Shown piece after piece: positions 40,011 through 53,583 of a DNA stretch of 64,000 nt; positions within the stretch are counted from its first letter, which is position 1, and each line of letters opens with the position of its first letter. The position numbers and the translations under genes were made by a program. The notes below the pieces were generated by a model. It was not told where the DNA came from and made no database searches. It saw only the letters and a program-made list of their open reading frames with translations. Origin of the DNA: Eledone cirrhosa (taxonomy: Eukaryota); contig OZ024742.1 in NCBI GenBank assembly GCA_964016885.1, positions 82,770,001-82,834,000 on the forward strand, read 5' to 3'.

Positions 40011-40864
40011 GTTACATAACCACCAGTGATTTCATGACCCCGAGTGATTTGATCACCCCCGGTGATTTTAGCGTGGCACTATCACGCTGTAGACGAACAT
40101 AAATAAATAAAAAAATAAATAGGTAAAAACCTAAAAAAATAAGCATAGTTTCATTGTAATGTAATGTTTGAATATCTGACTTATTTTTTTGTTTGTTAGT
40201 TTGTTTGTTTGTTTTTATTTTATTTTTTATTTTATTTACGTTTTTTGTAGCTGCTTGCTGTTTTGATTTTGATTTTTGATTTTTTGATTTTTTGACCGGG
40301 TCATCAAATCAGTCTATTTATATATTTTGATGCCTTCCTCACTTAGTAGGAATACTACCGTACCTCTGTCTTAACAGGAGGTAGTGGGAGAGAATACCGG
40401 CGGTAGCGATAATGAGGCAATGTTGGTGGTGGTGATGTGCTAGTAGTACTTAGCAGGAGGTAGTGGGAGAGAATAGCGGCGGTAGAGATAATGAGTCAGT
40501 GGTGGTGGTGGTGATGTCATCGTAGTACTGTAACGATGGTGTTGAAGTTGAAGTAGAAATAGAAGTTGGAGTAACTTGGCGAGAGTTGTTGGTGTGGTAG
40601 TGGTGATGGTGGCGGTGGTGGTGTTGGTGGTGAAATTATTTGCCTCTATGTCCACGTAGCAATTTTCCTATTTTTTTTCTATAACATTTCTGATCCAAAA
40701 TTAAATATTAAATATTGGGGCCCTATGCCATAATGTGATGCGTTGTCGCTTGCTGAGATTAAAAAAAAAAACTGTAATCTTATGTTTCATTTGTAATAAG
40801 AATTATTCTATCACAGTTGTTTTAAATATGTAAAAATCAAAAACTTTTATTATTATTATTATTA

Positions 40865-40955
40865 TTAACTTTGCCTTTCATCCTTACGGGGTCTATAAAA
40901 TAAAGTACCAGTAATGTACTGGTTAATTGCTGGCCTCGTGCCTAAAGAAGAAACA

Positions 40956-40958
<3 letters not shown>
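40865..40958 (+). mobile_element. SINE family A 3' fragment inside (ATT)n
   Basis: core and tail only. Confidence 0.8.
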
Positions 40959-40987
<29 letters not shown>

Positions 40988-41172
40988 AGGGCTTTCTCCA
41001 CAAATGTTCCCCCGGAAGGCTTCCCCCTATTGGGGAATTTATCATTGTTATTTTTGTTACATCCTCTATTTTTGTTTTTTACACGCAGAAATGCCCATTT
41101 GTACCGTCCTGTATTGTCCTGTACTGTCCTTAATGTCTACTTTATATAAACCCTTGTGGTTAATAAAGAAAG
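40988..41172 (+). mobile_element. Tx1-like 3' UTR fragment between (ATT)n tracts
   Basis: matches 1150-1345. Confidence 0.85.
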
Positions 41173-41192
41173 TATTATTATTATTATTATTA

Positions 41193-43400
41193 TTGTTATT
41201 ACTCTTTGAGTCTCAGTCATTGATGTTAGTTAACTGGAAAGTTTGTTAAGATGAATATCAAGCCACTACCTGCAGCCTCAGATATTCAGGACGTATCGGA
41301 GGGTTCTTGCTGTTCCCAGCAAGCATGCCTTTTGAAGCGTTCCAAAAAGCGTGAAGGGGACAATTTTCTTTAACCAACCCTGGAAACTTTTTGAGATAGT
41401 CCCTAGTGCGCCTATGACAATCGGGATCACTTTGACTTCATGGCAGTTCCAAATCCTTTTTACCTCCCACTTTAAGTCCTGGGATCGGCTAATTTTCTCC
41501 CTCTCCTTCTCTTGCACTCTCGTGTCGAATGGGCAGGCCACATCCACAATCAGGCACGATATTATTTCTTTGTCCAAAACCACCAGGTCAGGTCTATTGT
41601 GTTCCAGTTTCTTGTCTGTCTTTATCCTAAAATCCCACAGCACCTTCACCTGATCGTTTTCTATCACTGCCTTTGGCTTATGCTCATACCACTTCTCAGA
41701 ATGTGGTAAATTGTTTACTTTGCATAGGTGCCAGTGGATCAACCTGCCCATCACATCTTGTCTCCAGCCCTTATAGTGAGTCTGGGCTAGGTGTTTACAC
41801 TCGGATACAATGTGAGCCACAGTCTCCTCTCTCTCTCCACAGATCCTGTACAGTGGGCTAGCATCCTCCTTGTAAATGTGGTGTTTCAACCACTTCGATT
41901 TGATGGCGTGCTCTTGCGCAGCCATTAACATTCCTTCTGTAGCCTTTTTGAGGTCTCCTCTTTTCAACCAGTTCCATGTCTGTGGATCTCTAAATTCAGT
42001 TTTCTCAAAGAAGGTACTATGAAGGCATTTTTCCTGAAGGCTGCTCTTTCTCATTGATGTTATTTCCACCTTGGACATCCCCTGGCCTATTGTCCCCTCC
42101 TTCAGTACAGTTCTGAGCATTGGCTCCTTACTATCAGTCACGTATTTGTGGAGGTTGTTTTTCTCCATCTGAATACAGTCTGATAAGACCTCTTCCACCC
42201 TCAGATCTCCTTAAGTAGAGTCTATCGACATCACTCCTCTTGTGGAACATGTTGTAGATAGTCAATAGCTACCTAGTCTTCCTATCCATTTCTTTTTGTT
42301 CAGCAACATTCCATCTCAGAATTCCCGCACTGTACTTAATAATAGACACAGCTCGGGAATTTACTGCACTTATGGCATTCCTACTGTTCAGATGTGACTT
42401 TAATACGCTCCTTACTCTCCGAAGGTATTCAGCTCTTATCAATTCCTTCATTTGTTTGTTCTTGATGTCATCAGCCTCCAGAACGCCCAAATACTTGTAC
42501 CTTCCTCAGAGTCAATTTCTTTTATCATCTCACCTGTTGGTATCTGGATTCCGTTACTTCTGCTCAACTTACCCCTCCTCATCACAATGACTCCACACTT
42601 ACTAATACCAAATTGCATACATATATCATTGCTAAAAATACAGACAGTGTCAACAAGCACATCCAACTCCTTCTCACTCTTCCCGAAGAGCTTAAGATCG
42701 TCCATGAAGAGGAGGTGGTTGATGGTAAGCCCTCCATTTCCCAACCTGTATCCTGCTCTCACTTTTCGCAGTAACTGGTCAGGGGCATCAGGGCAAGGAC
42801 AAACAACAGAAGGGACAGACTATGTCCCTGGAAGATACCTCTCTTGATCTTCATGCCTCCCAAGGATTCTCCAGTTGATGTTGACTCTGTTTCACAGGAC
42901 TTCATACTTTTGCTCAACAACTGCCTCATGTTATCTGCCACCTTGAAGATCTCCAGGCTTTTGGTGATCCAAGAGTGAGGCACCATGTCAAATGACTTTT
43001 TGTAGTCTATCCATCCCATGGCAAGACCAGTGTGTCTCCTCTTGCAAATCCTCATTACCATCTTATCAATAAGTAACTGGTCCTTTGTACCACGTGACTT
43101 CTTTCGGCAACCTTTCTGTTCGTCCGGTAACAAGTTGTTTGTGTGGAGGTGATGGTAGATTTCCTCAGACATAATGCTTTTCAACAGTTTTCACATTACG
43201 GACAGACATGTGATAGGTCTATAGTTGGTAACATCATTACCCTTGATTCGGTCTTTCATTATCAGAACTGTGGTACCTTTTGTCAACCACTCTGGTACCT
43301 CACCTGACATCAAGCAGTCATTGAACATGGTTGTCAGTTTCGGGTGGAGGGATGTTATGTTTTTAATCCAATACCCCTGCACACCATCTGGGCCAGGTGA
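41193..43400 (-). mobile_element. R4/Dong-like LINE family 1, 5'-truncated (RT + RLE)
   Basis: [43 protein letters not shown], zinc-finger relic and RPDLVV..VDV..EK. Confidence 0.92.
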
Positions 43401-43420
43401 TTATTATTATTATTATTATT

Positions 43421-44199
43421 TGCATTTATCTTGCTTTATGTTTATACGAGTTATCACCAAGTCACAACCAGTGACCTCAAGAGACAACAAGGTCCGCCAT
43501 GTTCAAGAAAGAACATACATATTCACACATGAATCCTTAGTGTTTAGACTTGTGATGTACTTATATTGACAGGATCTTCCTTAGTATATGGGCAGTTCCC
43601 ATTAGTACTATCTTTTGTATTTCTCCTATACGCGTGTTTCCTGGGATTTGCGATAAGTAGTCGTTAGATCCCTTAGGTATCATTCCCAGAGCGCCTACAA
43701 CCACTGGTATTGTTTTAGTTCTCAATTTCCACATTTTTCCAATTTCTATCTCCAGGTCCTTATACTTGCTCAATTTTCAAATGTTTTTATATATACATTC
43801 TTGTCTATTGGAACAGACATATCAATTAGCAGGCATACCCTCCTTTGAAAGTCCTTCAATATTATATCAGATCTATTTGCATCTATTTTTTTTTTTATAT
43901 ATATGGCATAATAGGCTGCACCCATTTTTTATTATGTTGGCTTGGTAATTTTTTGTTGGCAGACACTGATCTTGTGCCGATATAATCAGTCCTTCAGTCT
44001 CCGATTTCAGTCCAGAGGATGCCAACCACTGATGGGTTAAAGTTTTGTCAACATCAGGATTGTTAGCTCGCTCTGGGTATTTTCCATACAGAGGCTTTTC
44101 TTGCCATTTCTTAGCCAGTTTCTGTAGCAGTTCTTTCTTTGCAGTTACTTTTACCTGCTTTGCTTCTTCTGTGTTTTCCATTTCAGCAGTAAATGGGAC

Positions 44200-44200
<1 letters not shown>
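43421..44200 (-). mobile_element. R4/Dong-like LINE family 2, 3' fragment
   Basis: matches 32114-33070, flanked by (ATT)n. Confidence 0.88.
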
Positions 44201-44264
<64 letters not shown>

Positions 44265-47200
44265 GGCGACCTTCGTAGGAAATCCTATCATCGTGAGCTC
44301 CGCGAAGGTTTGTTGTTTTCGTTTGTTTAAAATTGCCATTTATGGAAATTTGTTGTTGTTAACTATTTATAAGGTCAGAAAATTTGCTTTCGGAAATGGA
44401 CACTCAAAATGATTGGGGCCTTCAGACCGAAATTTAAACTTTTATAATTATCAAACAAAACAATTTCTTTGAAAAATCATGGACGACTCACAGCCTCACC
44501 TTCATCACAAACTAACACCTCACACCGACACCACCATTGTAAATATTACTACGTTTGCCAACACTAAAAATATAAGCAGTAGCAATAATTTAAATTTGTC
44601 TCATGCAGACATTCATTTCCCGCCATTACCAATGACTGCAGGTGTTAAAGCCGCCACCCCCGCCACCACCACAGCGACAACAGAAACAAAAGAAAAAAGA
44701 ATTATCTCGTGACATCGAAATGGATTCACCCAGAATCGACTCTTCCACACCGAACACCACTGATGCCACCACTACCACTACTGAAACTAAAAATAACAAT
44801 AACAAAAATAACGATAACAACAACAGCAACAACAACAATGGGAATGAGAAAACCACCCAGGCTTTTGTCAGAGTAGCCACAAAGTGCGAAGCAGTCCAGG
44901 TAACTCGGAAGGAATTAGATGAAGCCAAGAGAATGGTAAAGAAAGATGGGTACAGGGTCAGTCCCCCACCCCACCTAATAAAATGGACCCTCGTCGCCTA
45001 TGCACCGTGTCTTATCGGACGATTAACATAAAATCGCGCAGAGAGGAACGAGCATCCGAGTCCCAAATCCAAAAAGGTTTGGTATATGTGTGGGCAAAAA
45101 AAAACCCTATCAGACGTGGGCAGAAATATGGAACTGTGGACGTGTTCTTTGAAACTCCACAGGAGGCTAGAGAACACTCCATGTCCCCATTAAGAAGTGA
45201 CGACTTCACACTCATCCCAAGGTATTGTGACCAGAGACTTGTGAAGATCAGGGTGACCCACGTTCCACCGGCCATCGAAATTCCCTGGCTAATGGCTGCC
45301 GTCCTCACCGGCATCGAGGCCAACAGCAAGATAATCGAAATAGCGAAATAAAAGCAGGATAACTGGTCCGGATCTGGGATGGAGCTCCTGATCCATGCGG
45401 ATCAAAAAAGCATTGAGGAGATCCCAGAGGTAATAGATCTCACTGACGGCAGCCACCTCACCGTAATCGTCGAGGGCAGAAGGCCTAGGTGTGTCGTTTG
45501 TGGTGAAGGAACCCACCTAAAGGCTTTCTGCCCTCAGGATAAAAGGTTGAGGCCACCTCTCTTACCCACCCCAGTGACTCAACCATCAACACCACCAGCA
45601 GCAGAAATGGCAGCAACAACTGTGGCAGCAGCAACAGAAGCAACTGTAACAGCATCAACCCCAGCAACAGTAGCAAAACCAACATCACCAACACCCAACG
45701 CCCCAGAACTAGCACCAACGCCTACACCACCCACCACGCCACAACCAAAACCAACGCCTGTGGAGGATTTTCTACTCCCCGACCTATCGCAACTGGAGAC
45801 AGATTGTGACGACGAGGAGTGGGAAACGGTATCAGGATAAAAGAAAAAAAGAAAAAGAAACCAAAAAAGAAAGAGTCCCCTTCCCTCCCCCTCCAAAAAC
45901 AAAATACAGAGGGAAACAAATAAACTATCAAACAAAAAAGTTAGGACAGCTATGCCACCATCCACACCAGCATCACCAACCCCGTCACCACAAACAGCAA
46001 CACCATCACCATCATTAACCCCAACACCACCATCACCAACACCACAAAAGTCACCAAAAAGCGAAACAGAAACAAACCCACCACAAACGCAAACAAAACG
46101 ACCAAAACGATACACCCTACACAGCATTAAATTTGAACAACAACCAATTATTACACTACATTCAACACAACACCAGCATCACAGAAAAAGACTACACAAC
46201 AACCCAAAAGTTCACACCACCTCCACACATACAAATCACTCGCATCACACAGAAAACGTACACGACACTAAAACAAAAATTCCCAAAGACATCGAAGACT
46301 CCCGACAAGCACTCTCCAGGAGGATTTATAAGGATATCCTACCGGAGGAGGCCACAAGCAGTGAAATGGATGGAGAAACCATCCATCCTTTACGAGAAGT
46401 AAGGTAAGTGGTCTTTCCCATCTTTTCCACTCCATTTCAACATCACCTCACTGAGAATAGGCAGCAGGGGCACCTGCTCAACGACCTCAAGTCACTAAAC
46501 ATAGATGTAGTGGCCATCAGCGAGACCAGAATCTCCGAAGCATGGGCCTTCGCACCGATCTTCGGCGACTACGATGTGTACGCATCTCCCAGCCGTCCGG
46601 GATCGGGGGGGGTGGAGTTGCTGTGATTTTTCGGAAAAGTTTGGATCTCGCCACACGGGCCGTCTTCCTGGACCCAGAAGGTAAGTTGGTGGTGCTGGAC
46701 GTGACCAGTGGGGACGGGCAATATTTCAGGCTAGTGGCCGTCTATGCCCCAACAGGTGCAGGGCGGCCTGATTTCTTCCGGCGTCTGAACACCTTTCTTG
46801 GAACGTCCCGCTCTTTAGATGCACGCTGGGACTGTGTGGGATTAGCGGATAGGGCAGGAGGGTGCAAGAGCCTTACCAACCTGCTCAGGCGTGTTGAACT
46901 GTCTGACAGGTACCGATTGGATTTCACGAATGTGCCAATGTGGACTTTGACAAATCGCACAGGGTCATCCAGATCATATCTAGATAGAGTATTGTGTAGG
47001 CAAATAGATAGGTCTAGCATAGGCTGTCCACAATTCAAGATAGTCAGTTAGACAGACCACAAATTCGTGATGTGTGTGCTTGACTTAGATAGGCTTCATA
47101 GACGAGGACCCGGCTACTGGAAGCTAAACGCGTCCTTACCAGCGCGCAATGCCTACAGAGACCGGAATAACGAACAAGTTAAGCGGGCGTTGACGGGGAC

Positions 47201-48452
47201 CATCGTCAACAACAAGTGGTGGTTTGCTCTGAAAAGAGCGATTAGAATAGAGTCCATTAGCTTCAGTAAGGCTTTAGCAATAGAGAAAAATAGAGCATAG
47301 GGAGAACTAGTTAGAAAATTAGACGAGGCGCTTAGCAAAGGCATCGCGACCGACGTACTTGCGGCGAAATTGGCTCTTGACCAATTCTTCAATGCAAAGC
47401 ACGAAGGCTGCGTTGTCAGAGCTAGGGTGCGTGCCCTCAGACACGAGGGGACGAAAGCCGTTCAATGGGCCCGAGTGGCGGAGGCGGGTCGTGGCAACAA
47501 AGCCACGAACCGGTCTTTGGTGGAAAACGACGGGCGCATGCTACTCGATGTGGCAATGTGATCGGTGGAAACTCCACCATGGCGTTCTATAGAGGATTAG
47601 TGGAGGGGAAAAGCGACGACGTACTTAGAGAAACTCTAGGCTTCGACGAAAATCAACTAGCCAATCTCTTCGGAAGGACTTTCGGGCCGGGGCCTATGGA
47701 CAACTTCCGGAAATCCCTGGCCTGGCAGTGCTACCGAGGAGCTTTGCCAGTTCGGGATAAATTCTACAGGCATGGAGGTGCCGTCAGCCGGGCATGTCCG
47801 AGATGCGCGCAGGGCGACGAAACCGTCCTGCACGCACTCGTCCAGTGTCCGTGCATTGCTGATTTGTGGGTTTATGTCGAACACCTGCTTTCACGTGTAG
47901 GACGGATCCAGCTATCAGCTGAGTCCATCGTGAGGATTGCCCCGCCCTCTTCCTTTAACCGGAAAGGGCAGGAAGTTGTTTTCTATCTGGTGGTCATGGC
48001 GAAAGAGATAGTATGATGGTACGTTTGAAAGGCCTGAAGACGAGCACTTACCTCTTCGTTGATGCCCTGATTGACTTTTTCAAATTTCATTTGAAAAGGA
48101 AAATCAGAGTAGAGAGGGAAGTGCTCTCTTCGCAGCATTTTGTTGAAAGATGGGTGAGAGAAGCAAGAATGGCCCGAGTGAATGTGTATGTGTCTGTAAA
48201 TTAAAGGTGGAAAACTGCGAGACGACAATTTTCCCTGGTGGTCAGGGTCACTGTGGCCTTTTAATGGGCTTTCTCCACAAATGTCCCTCGGAAGTCTCCC
48301 CCCTATTGGGGAATTCTTCATTGTTATTTTTTTGTTACATCCTCTGTTTTTGTTTTTTTACACGTAGAAATGCCATTTCTACCGTCCTGTCTTGTCATGT
48401 ACTGTCCTTAATGTCTATTTTATGTAAACCCTTGTGGTTAATAAAGAAAGCA
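44265..48452 (+). mobile_element. Tx1/L1-clade LINE with 5' UTR, ORF1, APE endonuclease and C-terminus, RT deleted
   Basis: ORF1 zinc knuckle CVVCGEGTHLKAFC. APE motifs DVVAISETR, VAVYAP, SYLDR, (T)DH, GPGYWKLN. Junction at 47551/47552 jumps to the C-terminal region. (ATT)n on both sides. Confidence 0.9.
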
Positions 48453-48494
48453 TTATTATTACAGTATTATTATTATTATTATTATCATTATTAT

Positions 48495-48977
48495 TCAAAA
48501 GAAGATTGGAGGCCATAATCATTGATTGAGCTTTATTTGAAACTCCGTCATACGTATTTCTCTGACGACTATCAGATATGATAGCCTGAGCTCTTCAGAC
48601 GGTAAAACCTACAAATACCTGAAAACATTGAAGGTTCGGCCGACCCTCTGTATCAAGAAAGGCCTATTTTTTTCGAGGACCTTTTGCGTTTTTATCACAT
48701 TTAAATTATTTATTTTATGAACTTCCAATGTTTTCGGGTGATTTTGTTATGTTTTGCCGTCTGAAGATTCCAGTATATCATAACTGATAGTCCTTAGTGA
48801 AATATGTATAGCGGAGTTTTAAATGAAATGTATCAACTGATTATGGCCTCCGATCTTTTAATAACATTTAATGCTACGGGCAACATTTATACATGTCGTT
48901 GAGCGCTTCTTTTTATGCGCTTCATAGACGACCGACCATAATGTGATCCACACATATCCGGTGGTTTAACTTCATAA

Positions 48978-48980
<3 letters not shown>
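48495..48980 (+). mobile_element. ORF-less foldback pLTR element with a hammerhead in each arm
   Basis: 48495-48632 is inverted relative to 48723-48862. Motifs at 48545-48602 (-) CCGT-CTGAAGAG..GAAA-TACGTA-TG-ACGG and 48757-48814 (+). Confidence 0.7.
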
Positions 48981-49014
<34 letters not shown>

Positions 49015-49474
49015 ACTGAATTCATTCGCCTGATATAGGGGTTGCCTCCCCTGCCGATCCCCACGTGAGGTCAGCAATAGTCAGTCCTTGTATTAACATT
49101 GAACTAAAACCTGTTGAGAAAGTGGCTTCCTTGTTCAATCATCTTACCAGAAGTCTAACATTATTTATGTAAGCGGACACTAATTGATTTAGGAGCCGCA
49201 GAAACCCAAATGCTGTATTTTACGAACCTTCCAGGGGTCCGGGTAAATTTTCAATCACAGATATATTTTATTTGTTTGACCCGAATTACTTGATCGTTTT
49301 TTTGGCTATGCGAATGATTGTTTAACCATCGTCTCAGTGTGTTTGGCCTTTAACGTTTGTTATAGCTCTGTTTCATCTGAATCATTGAGCACTTGCCACA
49401 CACCTCGGAGGTTGTTTTTCGTTATTTCGTGGGCCGAAATGCGATTCTCGATAATTTATATTTGTATCTCTCTC

Positions 49475-49553
<79 letters not shown>

Positions 49554-50004
49554 CTTATCCATATTCATTCTTTATATATATATATGGGAAGCTGCCCAAC
49601 CTAACGCTACTACTACTGCTATAGTGGGTTTAGGTTTGGTTCTGCTGGCATAATTCACACATTGCACAGCTAGAATTCAGGACTGAACTTCGTTGATAAT
49701 TTATCCCGTAGGTCCGGACTACGTGAATTTCTCGAATTTTTCAGAAATAACGTGTGGTATCTGTGTGAGGTATTTTGTTAATGCACCAACTGCACTCATG
49801 ACACTAAAATGTAACTGTACAGTTCGGAGCCACGTTTGTGTACGCAAATGGGTTAATCCACAAATGTATATATATTTATATATTATAAAATATTATTTGA
49901 GGGCGGCTGACCGGGCTAGAAGCTGATAAATGTTCGGCCGCACTCCTGTCTTTTCTTTTCAGCCCCATGGATTTTGTTTATTATATTCCTTTGTTAAATT
50001 TCGA

Positions 50005-50062
50005 ATACCTGATGATGTCACCGGATTCATACTGAAACCGGACACTGAAATTATCATAGTAT
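50005..50062 (+). ncRNA. hammerhead-like motif, ORF-less context
   Basis: ATAC-CTGATGA-TGTcaCCGG..CCGGACA-CT-GAAA-TTATCA-TA-GTAT. Confidence 0.55.
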
Positions 50063-50267
50063 AATAAACCTTTTAAGAAATTACACCAGTCCAACCTCCT
50101 GTTATTTTATAATAATTTAACTGTGTACTTGCACCACCAACAACACAAATGAAGTCGGGTGAGCTTCTCTCCCTAATATTACATCGAGGTTGACCATATG
50201 GAATGACCAGTTCTATCCAGCGGTGAACCAACAAACCTAAATAAATATATATTTATATATATATATA

Positions 50268-53200
50268 AGGATAACTAAATATCGTTATAGGCAATCCAGT
50301 TAGGAGTTGTGAAAACTTCGTATTGTGGATAGTTTTAGCGTCCGGCGTTGTTTGACTCAACAAGGGGTTTACATAGGTGGCGAGTTTATGAGTTCTCTTG
50401 ATTTCCTATGTAAGTTTATCTTGGAGTAATAATATTGAAAGAGTGAAGAATAACACGGTCAACAGTACAAGAAAGGGTGTTATTTACAGTCTAAAAATTG
50501 TTTCATTGATTCAGTTGTCTAAAAATTGCCGAACCCTTGAAGCTGTACCACTCAATTTTAAATACGTTGTTAGCTTAACCAGATCATCAGAGAAACTGTT
50601 AAAATATGTTCAGTTTTCACGAATTCAAATTACATCATTAATAATAAAGATAGAGAGAGAGAAAAGAAAGTGAGATAGAGAGAATAAAAGAAAAAGGAGA
50701 AAGGAAAAAAGAGAAAGATATAGAGAAAATAGGATAGAAAGAGAAGAGAAAAGGATAAAGAAAAAATAAATAATTAAAAGGTAAAGAAAAAGAAAATTAA
50801 AGGGAGAAATAATGATATCAACAATAAATGTATAAATGCTAATAAAAAAGTTACATCGAGGATGATACAAAACAATGCAAAATATGAAAAATAAATAAAT
50901 AAAAAATGTTTATATGTGCGAAGAAAAGTAAACATAGTATGATTATTGAGAGTAGTTGTGGTGTTGGTGGTTAAAACAGATACGATGGTATAAACATGAA
51001 CATGTTAAATATATTCATGTATGTATTGGTTATTTTAATAAATTAATTAGATAATTAATTAATTATTTGATTAATTAATTGTAAGTTATATTAGAGGTTA
51101 TTCGATAAGATATAATGTAAGAAATGAAATAAATTTAGGGAGAGAAATAGAAAGATAGAAAATGAAAGATATAAAATATAAAATAGAAAATATAAAAGGT
51201 TGTGATGTTGGTTCATTGACAGATGATGACAATAACAATAATGATAATAGGTTATTATAATAGATCTAAGTGGTACAATTTGAGCTATGGAATAAATGGA
51301 TTGAATTAAGTTGGTCTAAAATAATTGAATTTGGTCGACCTTTTATGCCTACAGAAAATAGTTCCTTCAATTTTGCTGTTAAGTAACATTTTGTTGTATT
51401 TTAAAATTTGGAATAGTTCCATATTACAAAGACCACAGTGAGACATGCCAAGTCTGTAGGCCATTGCCGATGATAACTTCATCCAGCTGATTCTGTATTC
51501 CTGGTTTGTGTCTTTGAGCTGCCAGATTTTATTGGCGAGCGTCGTTGTATTCATAAGCTTCCTTTTATTTATATAGTGGCTGTGGATATAACACCTTTTC
51601 TTGAACTCCCCCTCTGTCGAACCTATGTAGTGCCATGCTAAGTTGCCTGAATTTATAGTACATAGGTACACTATATTTGACTCCAGGCATCTATTTTTTA
51701 ATGGGCATTTATCAGGCAGATGACAGTTACATTTTGATGCTTTCCTATGTGCCGGTTCCGCGATACGGTTTTGTATGTTGTTATGCATGGGCTGAGAATT
51801 GGGTTTGTTGATGTATTGTCGAGATGTGTTCTGACGTGTGTTTGGTTGTGATGATGTTATGTGTTTGTGTTTTTTAGTTGGTGTTATGTTACTTGTTTAC
51901 GGGCTACTTGTATTAGCAATTCTCTTATAGTTAATTTAATGTATGTGCGATACTATGTTGTTGGCAGTGGAGTAAGATAGTTTGATAGTATTTCTATTAA
52001 AGATTTTATGGTATTTATGAAGTTTAGGGAAGTGTTTGTCAACTAATTTAAAGAAAGTATAATAAAAAGTTTTATAGAGGAATTAAATATTGATTGACCC
52101 ATAAATATTTTCCATCTCTGCATCTTCTATAGTGTCTAGTGGTCTTATATTAGTATTCGGTTCAATTAATTCTGGTGCTTGTTGCTTATTTCTATGTTGA
52201 GTCCTAGATGTGTTGCTTCTATAGGTGTGAATAGTGTTATTTCTGTTAAGTGTATTGCTATTTTTTGTATCTGGTATGTATTTGAGTCTCTCTTTATGGT
52301 CTGCCTTAAGTAAAGCTATGTTGTAGTACTTAGTGTGTTCGTTAGAAATGTCTAGATTAGAAGATAAACGCGAAATTCTAAGGGGTATATTACGTGCTAT
52401 GGAGTTAATTATAGAGCAAGGGTGATTAGAGTTATAATTAATGTAAGCTAGATATTCATTATTTTTATGGAAGGGTTCTATCAGTCCTGTGTTTAGGTTA
52501 AGTAATACATCTAAGAAGTTAGCTTTTTTAGAGTAGAGTTGAAAAGTGATGTTTAGGACTAATTTATTGAAGAATGTTTTAATCTTTTTCCGTAATCTTT
52601 CTAAGTTTTGATTATTTAGGTTTTTATCTAAAAGTAATGTATCGTCTCTATAAATTCCTACCTGTAGGTTATCACCTTCCTTATACAAGATATGTGTGCT
52701 ATATATATTCCGACCTTGTCCGTTACTTGGGCTGAATCGTTCGATCCCATAGTGATATCAGAGTTATTTTGTCTATTTTTTCTTTCCCAGTAACTATTAT
52801 CGAACCTAATGATTGTCCTTCTAGCAGCTAGTATTATTTTAATTTCATCTGGTGATAGGTCAGATGTTTTTCATGCAAAGGTTAGTGCCTTATTTGGGGT
52901 TACTGGGAAATAGAAGAGTAATAGTCATTGATGTCAAATTGTATGAAGTCGGAAGATTCTTTATTGTCTAATTTGCTAAACCAATCTATTGCTTCAGTAG
53001 TGTTACCCCAGAGCTTAATTATTAGTTTTTCTTTAATTTGTGGTATTATTCTATCTAGTATATACTTACTAAGTTTGCCTGTATCAGATTTTGATGGGCA
53101 TATTAATCTAATAGTAGGGTCAGTTTTGAAGTTGCATTTATGATCATTCAAATTAAAAGTGGGTTTACAAGGGGTTAGAGGTTCGGTTCTATCAGATATT

Positions 53201-53583
53201 TTAAGTTTTTTTACTATGTTAAGTCCTTACTTCTTAATGTTATTGAGTGTAGACTCTGTAGTTTACTTGTATTTTTTATGTAATTCCCGGCATATAAAGT
53301 TGTTGTATGTATTAAGGCCCATAGTGTATACGTTTGATGTTTTGTCTGCCTTTACTATAATACCGTTGGTGTTACGCAATTTTTTTAGTAGTTCATTGAT
53401 GTTATTTTGCAGCTTGTGATGGGTTCGTTTTTTGAATTGAGTTTCTTTTATCATGTTCATAAGGTCAAGTTCAAAGGCATCAAGGTGTGGGTTGTTCGGT
53501 CGATTTTTTACAGGATTTGAACCCATATTTTTCACTGGTAAACCCACCATTTCTATCATTATTATTATGTCCTTTATCGTCAT
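50268..53583 (-). mobile_element. Penelope-like element 5, degenerate
   Basis: VKADKT, RLICPSKS, QFDINDYYSSI, GIYRDD, SNHP, CNC..CPL..C, NIVYLC..YIGST. Decayed hammerhead at 50490-50593 (-). Confidence 0.88.

Noticed and set aside
45579-46127. Gly/Val-rich 182-aa minus-strand ORF
   Set aside because: It is the antisense shadow of the Pro/Thr-rich Tx1 ORF1.
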